The translations under genes were made by a program, and so were the position numbers. Below the pieces are notes generated by a model. The model was given only the letters and a program-made list of their open reading frames with translations, had not been told where the DNA came from and ran no database searches. A stretch of DNA of 64,000 nucleotides, from contig DASVDF010000050.1 in NCBI GenBank assembly GCA_036381215.1, positions 29,379 through 93,378 on the forward strand, read 5' to 3'. This DNA is from Woeseiaceae bacterium. GTDB taxonomy: Bacteria; Pseudomonadota; Gammaproteobacteria; Steroidobacterales; Woeseiaceae. Positions 56,514 through 64,000 of the stretch are shown piece after piece; within the stretch, counting starts at the first letter, position 1, and each line of letters opens with the position of its first letter.

Positions 56514-58985
56514 ATGCGCATACGAAATCTCGTAATCCTTCCCCTGCTGCTTGCGACCGCCGCCTTTGCGGCGGATGACTCCGCGTTCACGCTGAATGAA
56601 CACGGGTACTTCGCTTCGCCCGGCTTCGACGTGCTGGTCTACAGCAACGCCTACAGCGGGCTGTTCAGCGATTCCAAGATCAGCGGCGTCGAGATCGTGC
56701 AGCACGGGGCGCGCACGGCGACCAACGGCGATGTGCGCCTGCACGCGACGCCGGAGCAGTGGGATCCGATTCCGGAGCTCGTCGAGCGAGTAGTAGACAG
56801 TCAAAACAATAAGATAACGGCAAGACTTCAGTATCCGGATGAGCGTTTCTCGTTCACGCTGCAGGCCGAAGCCGACGGCGCCGCGCTGCTCCTCTCGGTG
56901 CACCTGGACGAGCCGCTGCCCAGCGCGCTCGAAGGCCGCGCGGGCTTCAACCTCGAGTTCCTGCCGTCGGCGTACTTCGGGCACGCCTGGCTCATGGACG
57001 AGCGCTCCGGTTTGTTTCCGCTGCATCCCGTCGGGGTGAAAGAGCAGGACGTCGTGGCGCCCCTGCCGCTCGCCCGCGGCCATCGTCTCGTGCTCGCGCC
57101 CGAAGATCCCGAGCGGCGCATCGTCGTCACGTCGAAGGACGCCGCGCTGCAGCTGTACGACGGGCGCGGCAAGGCGCAGAACGGCTGGTTCGTCGTGCGC
57201 AGCCTGTTGCCGGCCGGGCGCACCGGCAAGGTGCTGGAATGGCGGCTCGAGGGTTCGCGCATCGACGGCTGGACGCGGACGCCCGTGATCGCGCATTCGC
57301 AGGCAGGCTATCTGCCGGCGCAGGAAAAGCGGGCGGTGATCGAGCTCGACCCGCGGGCCGCAGGCGACGCGCCGGCGCGCCTGTACCGGGTCGGCGCGGA
57401 CGGCCGAGCGGAGCTCGTGCTCGAGCGCGTACCGGATCCGTGGGGCGACTATCTGCGCTACACGTACCGGGTGTTCGATTTCTCCGCCGTTCGCGAGCCG
57501 GGCATTTATTACCTCGAGTACGCGGGCCAGCGGACGGCGCCGTTCCGGATCGCCGACGACGTGTACGATCACGCCTGGCAGCCGACACTGGACGTGTACC
57601 TGCCCGTGCAGATGGATCACGTCATGGTGAACGAGGCCTATCGCGTGTGGCATGGCGCTTCGCATCTCGAAGACGCGCGCCAGGCGCCGGTCGACCACGT
57701 GCACTTCGACCTGTACGCGCAGGGGCCGACCACCGACAGCCCGTACGCACCCGGCGAGCACATTCCCGGCCTCGCGGTCGGCGGATGGTACGACGCGGGC
57801 GATTACGACATCCGCACGCAGACGCAGTATTACGTCGTGAACACGCTCGTGAATGCCTGGGAAGAGTTCGGCCTCGAGCGTGACGTGACGAGCGTCGATT
57901 ACCAGCGCCGTTACGTGGACCTGCACGTCGCGGACGGCAAACCCGACCTGCTGCAGCAGATCGAGCACGGTGTCAGGCAGCTCGTGGCGCAGCACCGTGC
58001 GGTCGGCCACGCCATTCCCGGCATCGTCGCCCCCGACCTCGGCCAGTACACGCATCTCGGCGACGGCTCGACCAAGACGGACAACCTCGTCTATGACCCG
58101 GCGCTCGGCGAGACGGAAGCCGACGGGCGAAAGAGCGGCGTGGCGGACGACCGCTGGGCATTCACGAGCCGCTCGTCGGCGCTCGAGTTCGGCTCCATCG
58201 CGGCGTTGGCCGCGGCGAGCCGCGCCCTGGCCGGCTACGACGACGTGCTCGCCAGGGAGTCTCTCGACATCGCCGTGCGTGCCTGGAACGCGGAGCAGGC
58301 GCGCGGACCGGTGATCTTCAGCCACGGCAACACCACCGGCGGACCGCTCGAATCGGAGGAGCTGAAAGCCGCGCTCGAGCTGCTCGTCACCACGGGCGAC
58401 GAGCGCTACGCGACGCGGTTCCGCGAGCTCGTGCCCGTGATCGAGAAGAGCTTCGCGCCGCATGCGGTGCTCGCCGTGCGGGCGCTGCCATACCTCGACG
58501 ACGGTTACCGCCAGCGCATCCGCGAGCTCGCGCTCGCGCACCGCCGCTGGCTCGATGCGCTGCAGGAAAAGAATCCGTACGGCGTGCCGATCGCGGACGG
58601 CGGCTGGGCCGGCAACGGGCAGGTGATCGGCCTCGCGATCGCGAACTGGTACCTGCACCGCGCGTTTCCCGACGTGATCCGGCCCGAAGACGTGTACCGC
58701 GGCGTCGACTACATCCTCGGGACGCACCCGGCCTCGAGCCTGTCGTTCGTTTCCGGCGTCGGCGCGCGCTCGAAGGAGGTCGCCTATGGCATGAACCGCG
58801 CGGATTTCGCGTTCATCCCGGGCGGCGTCGTGCCGGGCGTGCTGATCGTCCAGCCGGATCTCCCGGAGAACAAGGAGGACTGGCCGTTCCTGTGGGGCGA
58901 GAACGAGTACGTCATCTCCGTGGCCGCTTCCTGGATCTTCCTCGCCAACGCCGCCCGCGACCTCGCGACGGCCGCAGAAGGCTGA
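56514..58985 (+). CDS. GH9 glycoside hydrolase with N-terminal Ig-like (CelD_N-type) domain, secreted
   Basis: An ATG at 56514, 2 nt after the upstream stop. Signal peptide MRIRNLVILPLLLATAAFA. It has the GH9 signature GGWYDAGDYD and the C-terminal ENEYVISVAASW region. Confidence 0.85.
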   Translation: MRIRNLVILPLLLATAAFAADDSAFTLNEHGYFASPGFDVLVYSNAYSGLFSDSKISGVEIVQHGARTATNGDVRLHATPEQWDPIPELVERVVDSQNNKITARLQYPDERFSFTLQAEADGAALLLSVHLDEPLPSALEGRAGFNLEFLPSAYFGHAWLMDERSGLFPLHPVGVKEQDVVAPLPLARGHRLVLAPEDPERRIVVTSKDAALQLYDGRGKAQNGWFVVRSLLPAGRTGKVLEWRLEGSRIDGWTRTPVIAHSQAGYLPAQEKRAVIELDPRAAGDAPARLYRVGADGRAELVLERVPDPWGDYLRYTYRVFDFSAVREPGIYYLEYAGQRTAPFRIADDVYDHAWQPTLDVYLPVQMDHVMVNEAYRVWHGASHLEDARQAPVDHVHFDLYAQGPTTDSPYAPGEHIPGLAVGGWYDAGDYDIRTQTQYYVVNTLVNAWEEFGLERDVTSVDYQRRYVDLHVADGKPDLLQQIEHGVRQLVAQHRAVGHAIPGIVAPDLGQYTHLGDGSTKTDNLVYDPALGETEADGRKSGVADDRWAFTSRSSALEFGSIAALAAASRALAGYDDVLARESLDIAVRAWNAEQARGPVIFSHGNTTGGPLESEELKAALELLVTTGDERYATRFRELVPVIEKSFAPHAVLAVRALPYLDDGYRQRIRELALAHRRWLDALQEKNPYGVPIADGGWAGNGQVIGLAIANWYLHRAFPDVIRPEDVYRGVDYILGTHPASSLSFVSGVGARSKEVAYGMNRADFAFIPGGVVPGVLIVQPDLPENKEDWPFLWGENEYVISVAASWIFLANAARDLATAAEG

Positions 58986-58994
58986 TTTGCCACG

Positions 58995-59010
58995 AGCTAA
59001 ACGTTTTACA
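58995..59010. promoter_or_regulatory. LacI-family operator, copy 3 (autoregulatory position)
   Basis: AGCTAAACGTTTTACA matches copy 1 at 15 of 16 positions. It lies 26 nt upstream of the LacI ATG and is followed by a TATACT -10-like hexamer (59016-59021). Confidence 0.6.
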
Positions 59011-59035
59011 TCGCGGTATACTGCGGCCGAGAACC

Positions 59036-60043
59036 ATGGCCAAAGTCGGTATAAAGGACATCGCCGCCCGGGCGGGTGTCTCCATTGCCACCGTTTCGCA
59101 CGCGTTACGGAATCCCGGCCGCGTTTCGGAAAGCACCCGCAACAAGGTCCTCGCCGCGGCCGCGGCCGTAGGCTATACGCCGAACAACCTGGCGGTCAGC
59201 CTGCGGACCGCGCGCTCCGGTAACATCGTCGCGATCATTCCGGACGTGGCGGACAGCTTCAACTCCGGCATCATCAAAGCGATCGAGAAAGTCGCGCACA
59301 GCCGCGGCTATTCCGTGCTGCTCGGCGACACCCAGGGCTCGCCGGAGCGCGAGCGCGAGTTCGCGGCGATGACCCGCTCGCGGCAGGCCGACGGCATCAT
59401 CCTCATGTCGCATCGCCTTCCGTTCGACATGGACGGCAGGTCGCCCGTGACCTTGCCGCCGCTGGTGAACGGCGGCGAGTTCACCGGCTGCGACGCCTTC
59501 CCCACCGTCTCGGTCGACGACGTGCAAGCCGCCATCGACGCCACGCAGCACCTTCTCGACTACGGCCACCGGCAGATCGCATGCATTACCGGCGACATGC
59601 AGACCATGAGCAGCCGCGACCGGCTCACTGGCTTCCGGCGCGCCCTCGAGGAGGCCGGGCTCGCGTTCGACGAAAGCCGCGTCGTCTACGGCGAATACAG
59701 CGTGCAATCCGGGGAGAAGGGCGTCGAGAAGCTGCTCGTGCGCAAAACACGGCCCACCGCCATCTTCTGCTTCAGCGACGAAATCGCCCTGGGCTGCATG
59801 TATGCCCTGCGCCAGCACGGCTTCACCGTGCCCGACGACATCTCGGTCATGGGCTTCGACGACATCCCGTTCGCGAAATACTTTGCACCCCCTCTCACCA
59901 CGATTGCGCAACCGGTCGAAGCCATCGGCACCACCTGCGCCACGCTTCTGCTCGATATCATCGACGGCAAGCAGCCCGAAAAGATGCGCCACTTACTCCC
60001 GCACCGCCTGGTGGTCCGCGAAAGCACCCGCCGGCTTTCGTAG
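59036..60043 (+). CDS. LacI/GalR family transcriptional repressor
   Basis: An in-frame ATG gives MAKVGIKDIAARAGVSIATVSHALRN (HTH), followed by a periplasmic-binding-protein-like sugar domain. Confidence 0.9.
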   Translation: MAKVGIKDIAARAGVSIATVSHALRNPGRVSESTRNKVLAAAAAVGYTPNNLAVSLRTARSGNIVAIIPDVADSFNSGIIKAIEKVAHSRGYSVLLGDTQGSPEREREFAAMTRSRQADGIILMSHRLPFDMDGRSPVTLPPLVNGGEFTGCDAFPTVSVDDVQAAIDATQHLLDYGHRQIACITGDMQTMSSRDRLTGFRRALEEAGLAFDESRVVYGEYSVQSGEKGVEKLLVRKTRPTAIFCFSDEIALGCMYALRQHGFTVPDDISVMGFDDIPFAKYFAPPLTTIAQPVEAIGTTCATLLLDIIDGKQPEKMRHLLPHRLVVRESTRRLS

Positions 60044-60075
60044 AACCCACGCGCACCATCGACGGAGCTCCGTTC

Positions 60076-60516
60076 GTGCGCCTGTGGTCTCTGCATCCGC
60101 GCTATCTCGACACCAAAGGTCTCGTCGCCGTCTGGCGCGAGGGCCTGCTGGCGCAGGCGGTTCTCGCGGGCAGGACGCGCGGCTACCGGCGACACCCGCA
60201 GCTTCGGCGCTTCAGCGAAACGCCGGCGCCCGCAGCCTGTGTCGCGGCGTATCTCGAGTGGATCCACGCGGAAGCCGCGCGCCGCGGCTACCGCTTCGAC
60301 CAGCGGCTGATCGGTCCGGGCGCCGCCGCCGCGGGCTCCTTGCCCATCACCGACGGCCAGCTCGAGCACGAGTGGACCCATCTCAGGAACAAGCTCGAAG
60401 CGCGGGATGCGCGGTGGCTGGCGCAATTCGAGGAGGTCACGCTGCCGGAACCGCACCCGCTGTTCCGGGTCGTACCTGGCGATGTCGCGAGCTGGGAGAC
60501 GGGGCGCCGCGCCTGA
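60076..60516 (+). CDS. pyrimidine dimer DNA glycosylase (Pyr_excise / endonuclease V-like) family protein
   Basis: A GTG start gives VRLWSLHPRYLDTKGLVAVWREGLLAQAVLAGRTRGYRRHPQLRRF, the conserved opening of this family. The upstream part of the 311-aa track ORF lies within lacI. Confidence 0.75.
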   Translation: MRLWSLHPRYLDTKGLVAVWREGLLAQAVLAGRTRGYRRHPQLRRFSETPAPAACVAAYLEWIHAEAARRGYRFDQRLIGPGAAAAGSLPITDGQLEHEWTHLRNKLEARDARWLAQFEEVTLPEPHPLFRVVPGDVASWETGRRA

Positions 60517-60597
60517 TCCGGCTCACCGGGCGCCGCTTGTGCACTCGTTTCCGCGGGTGCCTGCGCATCCGCGCGACGGAACGTCCCCTGTAAAGCT

Positions 60598-62742
60598 TCA
60601 GTGGCCGGGGGCGTAGGGGAATTCGAGGCTCTGGTAGTACTCGAGGGTGTGCGCCGGCAGGCGGGCGCCTTCGGGCCACGGCTGGCCGGAGACGGCTTGG
60701 AACCAGGCGAGGCAGGCGTCGCGCCACCATCGCGCCTCCTCGTGCTGGATGCGCAGGAAATCGGCCGTCTTCTGCCAGCGTTCGGCATCGACGTAGGTTT
60801 TCAGCGAGTCCCAGGTCGCCTGCATCTGCGCCACCTGCGTGACGCCCGCGTCGTAGTGCGCGACGAGCTCCTCCCAGAGCGTCCTGCCGGAGCGCATGCG
60901 GTAATCCCAGGCCACGTGGTGGAACCAGAGCAGGAGCTCGTCCGGCACGTGCTCGAGGCTCGCGAACTCGCGTGCCACCGGCGGCGCGTACTGCGCCACG
61001 GCGTTGCTGCCCGTCGCTGTGCGGTCGAAACCGATGCCGTGCTCGTCCGCGCGATGGTAGTACACCGGGTTCCACTCCGGCCGGTCGAGGTCCGACACCC
61101 ACGGGCCCGGTCCGTAGTGATGTCCGGTCGCCATCAGGTGGGCGAGCCCGAGCGGCGTCATGTAGTTCACGACGGCCTCGCGCGACCCCATCATCATCGC
61201 GAGCGCCGGCTCCACGAACTCTCGATCGCGCGAGAACGTCATACGCAGCCATTCGTCCGCGATGTCGCGCGCCGCGAGCGCCGGGTCCCATGCCAGCCGG
61301 CCGAAGGCGTACCAGTTCGCCTGGTCGAATATCGAGCCGCTCCAGTCGCGGTCCGCGCCGATATTCGCGACGCCCGCCATGCCCGTCACGCCGTACCCGT
61401 GCAGCTCGCCGTCGATGACGCGCGCGACAGTCGAGCCTTTGCCCTGCACGAAAGTGTCCGCGTCCAGCACTTCCTCGAACAGCGTCCCGAGGTACACGAG
61501 ATGGGTCGCGAAGCCCAGGTACTCCTTGGTGATCTGCAGCTCCAGCATGAGCGGCGTCTGCGGCATCGCGCCGAACAGCGGATGGAACGGCTCCCGCGGC
61601 TGGAAGTCGATCGGCCCGTTCTTCACCTGTACCAGCACGTTGCCGGCAAACTGGCCATCGAGCGGCACGAACTCGTCGTAAGCCTGCTTCGCCCGGTCCT
61701 CCGGATTGTCCGCTGAATAGACGAACGCGCGCCACATCACCACGCCGCCGTGCGGCGCGAGTGCCTCCGCCAGCATGTTCGCCCCGTCCGCATGCGTGCG
61801 GCCGTAATCCTGCGGCCCTGGCTGGCCCTCTGAATTCGCTTTCACCAGGAAGCCGCCGAAATCCGGGATCGCGGCATAGATCTCGTCCGCCTTCGCCCGC
61901 CACCACGCGCGCACCTGCTCGTCGAGCGGGTCCGCCGTATCGAGCCCGCCAAGCTCCATCGGTGCCGTGAAGCGCGCGGACAGGTACACGCGGATGCCCC
62001 ACGGCCGCAGTACATCGGCAATCGCCGCCGTCTTCTCGATGTAGCGCGCGGAGAGCGACAGCGCGTCGGCATTGACGTTGTTCAGCACTGCGCCGTTGAT
62101 GCCGATCGAGGCATTCGCGCGTGCGTAGTCGCGATAGCGCGGATCCACGTGCTCCGGGAGCTTCCACCAGTCCCAGATCGAGCGGCCGGCGTAGCCGCGC
62201 TCGACCGTGCCGTCGAGGTTGTCCCAGTGATCGAGCACGCGCAACTCGACGCGCGGCGCGCTCACGATATCGATATCCGCCAGGGAAGCGCCGGTCTCGA
62301 GGGCCCGCAACAGGGCGAAGACACCGTACAGCACGCCGACGTCGCGGTTGGCCGCGACGACTGTGAACGTACGCCCGTCGAGATCTGCCGCACGGATCAC
62401 GTAACCTTCGTTGCCGACGTCCTCGAGCGGCAGTGCCAGCCGGCGCACCAGCTCCGATGCATCCGGCGTGCCGAGCACGACCGCCCGATCTGCCGTCGCC
62501 GTCGCCGTGGGCACGTCAGCGCCCTGCAGGCGTGCGAGCGCCGCCCGCAGCTCATCGCGCGCGAGCGCGAGCGTGGGCGAGGGTGCGGCCGGAGCGACCA
62601 CGCGAGTGACTCGCGGCGGCTCCGCGAGCGGTGCATGCCGGAGCCATAGTGCGTAGCCGTCCTCCGCCTGCGCGGCGCCCGCCGGGGCGAGTCCTGTGAG
62701 CACCAGGGATAACAGCAGGCAAAAAGCTTTATTTCTAAGCAT
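60598..62742 (-). CDS. aguA: GH67 alpha-glucuronidase
   Basis: Start trimmed to MLRNKAFCLLLSLVLTGLAPAGAAQA (signal peptide). LDHWDNLDGTVERGYAG, INGAVLNNVNA and FGGFLVKANSEGQPGP are GH67 hallmarks. Confidence 0.9.
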   Translation of the reverse strand: MLRNKAFCLLLSLVLTGLAPAGAAQAEDGYALWLRHAPLAEPPRVTRVVAPAAPSPTLALARDELRAALARLQGADVPTATATADRAVVLGTPDASELVRRLALPLEDVGNEGYVIRAADLDGRTFTVVAANRDVGVLYGVFALLRALETGASLADIDIVSAPRVELRVLDHWDNLDGTVERGYAGRSIWDWWKLPEHVDPRYRDYARANASIGINGAVLNNVNADALSLSARYIEKTAAIADVLRPWGIRVYLSARFTAPMELGGLDTADPLDEQVRAWWRAKADEIYAAIPDFGGFLVKANSEGQPGPQDYGRTHADGANMLAEALAPHGGVVMWRAFVYSADNPEDRAKQAYDEFVPLDGQFAGNVLVQVKNGPIDFQPREPFHPLFGAMPQTPLMLELQITKEYLGFATHLVYLGTLFEEVLDADTFVQGKGSTVARVIDGELHGYGVTGMAGVANIGADRDWSGSIFDQANWYAFGRLAWDPALAARDIADEWLRMTFSRDREFVEPALAMMMGSREAVVNYMTPLGLAHLMATGHHYGPGPWVSDLDRPEWNPVYYHRADEHGIGFDRTATGSNAVAQYAPPVAREFASLEHVPDELLLWFHHVAWDYRMRSGRTLWEELVAHYDAGVTQVAQMQATWDSLKTYVDAERWQKTADFLRIQHEEARWWRDACLAWFQAVSGQPWPEGARLPAHTLEYYQSLEFPYAPGH

Positions 62743-62875
62743 TTGCGCACCTCTTCTCGGGTGACGGATGAGCTCGCGCCACACGGCCGCTATCAAGGGC
62801 GCACAGGCGTTTGCGGGAACTCCGCAGCACCATCCACGACAGCACGCATGCGGACGTCACCGCCGCGGAGGCTTT

Positions 62876-64000
62876 CTACGAACCGACATCGACCGTTTTC
62901 GCGAGACGGATGTCGGCCGATGAGGCACCGACTTCGATTTTCACCGGGCGGTTTTCCAGTACCCAGCGATTTTCGTGCGGGTTCCAATAGCGCAGATCAT
63001 CCGCATGCAGTTTCATTGCGACCGTCTTCGTTTCGTGCGGCTGTAAGGCGATCCTCCTGAATCCCCTCAGGTCCCTGATCGGCCGTGCGACGGCCGATTC
63101 CGGGTAGCTGACATAGAGCTGGACGACCTCTTCGCCCGCCCGATCGCCGGTGTTGGTCACCTGGACGCTCACGGTCAGCGCATCTCCGGCCGATAGCGAA
63201 GCGGTGCTGGTCCGGAGGTTTTCGTAGCGGAAGTCCGTGAAGCTCAAACCGTAGCCGAACGGGTACAACGGTTCGCCTTCGAAGTATCTGTAGGTACGGC
63301 CTTCCATCGAGTAGTCCTCGAAAGGCGGCAGATCGTCCACGCTCCTGTAGAAGGTGACGGGAAGCCGCCCGGCCGGGTTGTAATCGCCGAACAGGACGTC
63401 GGCGATTGCAGTGCCGGCCGCCTGTCCCGGATACCAGGCTTCCAGAATGGCCGGCACGTTCTCATCGGCCCAGTTGACGGCGAGCGCGCTGCCGTTCAGC
63501 AGTACCAGCACGGTCGGCTTACCGATTGCCATCACCTGTTGCAGGAGGTGTCGTTGCGGCCTCGGCAGGTCCAGGCGGGTGCGGTCCCCGCCGCGGAAGC
63601 CTTCGATGTCGACGTCCATCTCCTCGCCTTCGAGGCGAGCCGTCAGGCCGAGAAACAGGATGACCGCATCGGCCTGGCCGGCTTTTTCGAGCGCTTCCTC
63701 CTCCAGGCCCGCCTCGGGTGTGCTCCAGACGAACTGCAATTGCGCATCGCCATAGGATTCCTGAGCCTCGATGCGGACAGGGTAGGATTGTCCGGCTTCG
63801 AGCTCCATCGGCGGCGTTGCCACGACGCGCGGGTCGCCCAGCTCGTCGCGATAGTTGTAGCTCGACCGGAACAACTCCCGATCGCCCAGGTAGAACTCGA
63901 ATTTCATCGTCGAGATGACGCCGAGGCGGTACAGGCCGCTCTTCCCGGGTCTCAGCACACCGGTCCAGCGAACGCCGAAATCGTCATCGTTCATACCCTC
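62876..64000 (-). CDS. GH3 beta-glucosidase/beta-xylosidase, C-terminal part with PA14 insertion; N-terminus outside the window
   Basis: Track ORF 62876..63994. The frame stays open to the window edge. It shows the PA14-like segment (FGVRWTGVLRPGKSGLYRLG), the GH3 C-terminal domain (EAWYPGQAAGTAIADVLFGDYNPAGRLPVTF) and a fibronectin-like end. Confidence 0.85.
   Translation of the reverse strand, partial: EGMNDDDFGVRWTGVLRPGKSGLYRLGVISTMKFEFYLGDRELFRSSYNYRDELGDPRVVATPPMELEAGQSYPVRIEAQESYGDAQLQFVWSTPEAGLEEEALEKAGQADAVILFLGLTARLEGEEMDVDIEGFRGGDRTRLDLPRPQRHLLQQVMAIGKPTVLVLLNGSALAVNWADENVPAILEAWYPGQAAGTAIADVLFGDYNPAGRLPVTFYRSVDDLPPFEDYSMEGRTYRYFEGEPLYPFGYGLSFTDFRYENLRTSTASLSAGDALTVSVQVTNTGDRAGEEVVQLYVSYPESAVARPIRDLRGFRRIALQPHETKTVAMKLHADDLRYWNPHENRWVLENRPVKIEVGASSADIRLAKTVDVGS

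Overview
Method and limits: protein family names come from reading the supplied translations and recalling family hallmarks. No database search, HMM, folding or statistics were run. G+C was judged by eye at roughly two thirds and was not computed.

Overall: this is a gene-dense, very GC-rich bacterial chromosomal segment. It has one tRNA-Pro(CGG) and no rRNA. I saw no transposase, integrase or phage genes and no CRISPR array. Many long ORFs in the track are antisense or alternative-frame artefacts of the high G+C.

Gene blocks:
1. 1-2400: SDR (partial), CDF transporter, UdgX-type uracil-DNA glycosylase, SRPBCC protein.
2. 2542-13924: a long minus-strand operon with overlapping start and stop codons. 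It encodes five nucleotide-sugar redox enzymes, one GT4 and three CgeB-like glycosyltransferases, a SAM methyltransferase and a sulfotransferase-fold protein. A near-consensus sigma54 promoter precedes it. It contains no membrane or export genes.
3. 14115-20808: MsbA-like ABC exporter, pncB, an aminotransferase and a GAF-GGDEF cyclase.
4. 21096-36646: mixed metabolism. This block holds a GH31 lipoprotein, a half-size TSUP, a class IV aminotransferase coupled to a sulfotransferase-like gene, an SRPBCC-ArsR pair, a beta-lactamase-fold/GMC oxidoreductase/TAT-subunit operon, two orphan small genes, an SDR, DUF819, a 2-hydroxyacid dehydrogenase and an SMP-30 lactonase.
5. 36705-44359: a complete corrinoid-dependent methyl-transfer system. 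It has two non-pyrrolysine MttB paralogues, a RACo-type reactivase, a methyl-THF:corrinoid methyltransferase, a small virulence-factor-family protein, DUF1638 and a corrinoid protein.
6. 44494-60043: a cellodextrin-type uptake and degradation locus. It has a GH94 phosphorylase, an SSS transporter, a TonB-dependent receptor, a SapC/cupin/flavin-halogenase-like/DUF6445 cassette, GH9 and LacI. Three copies of one 16-bp operator sit at its promoters.
7. 60076-64000: a pyrimidine-dimer glycosylase, GH67 and GH3 (partial).

A roughly 28-bp GC-rich palindromic REP-like element recurs at least 7 times in intergenic DNA.

Best candidates for undescribed biology: the sigma54-driven cytoplasmic glycan operon, the corrinoid/MttB system with its charged tails, and the oxygenase/halogenase cassette tied to the TonB receptor.

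Likely host (inference only): an aerobic, polysaccharide-degrading, high-GC proteobacterium.
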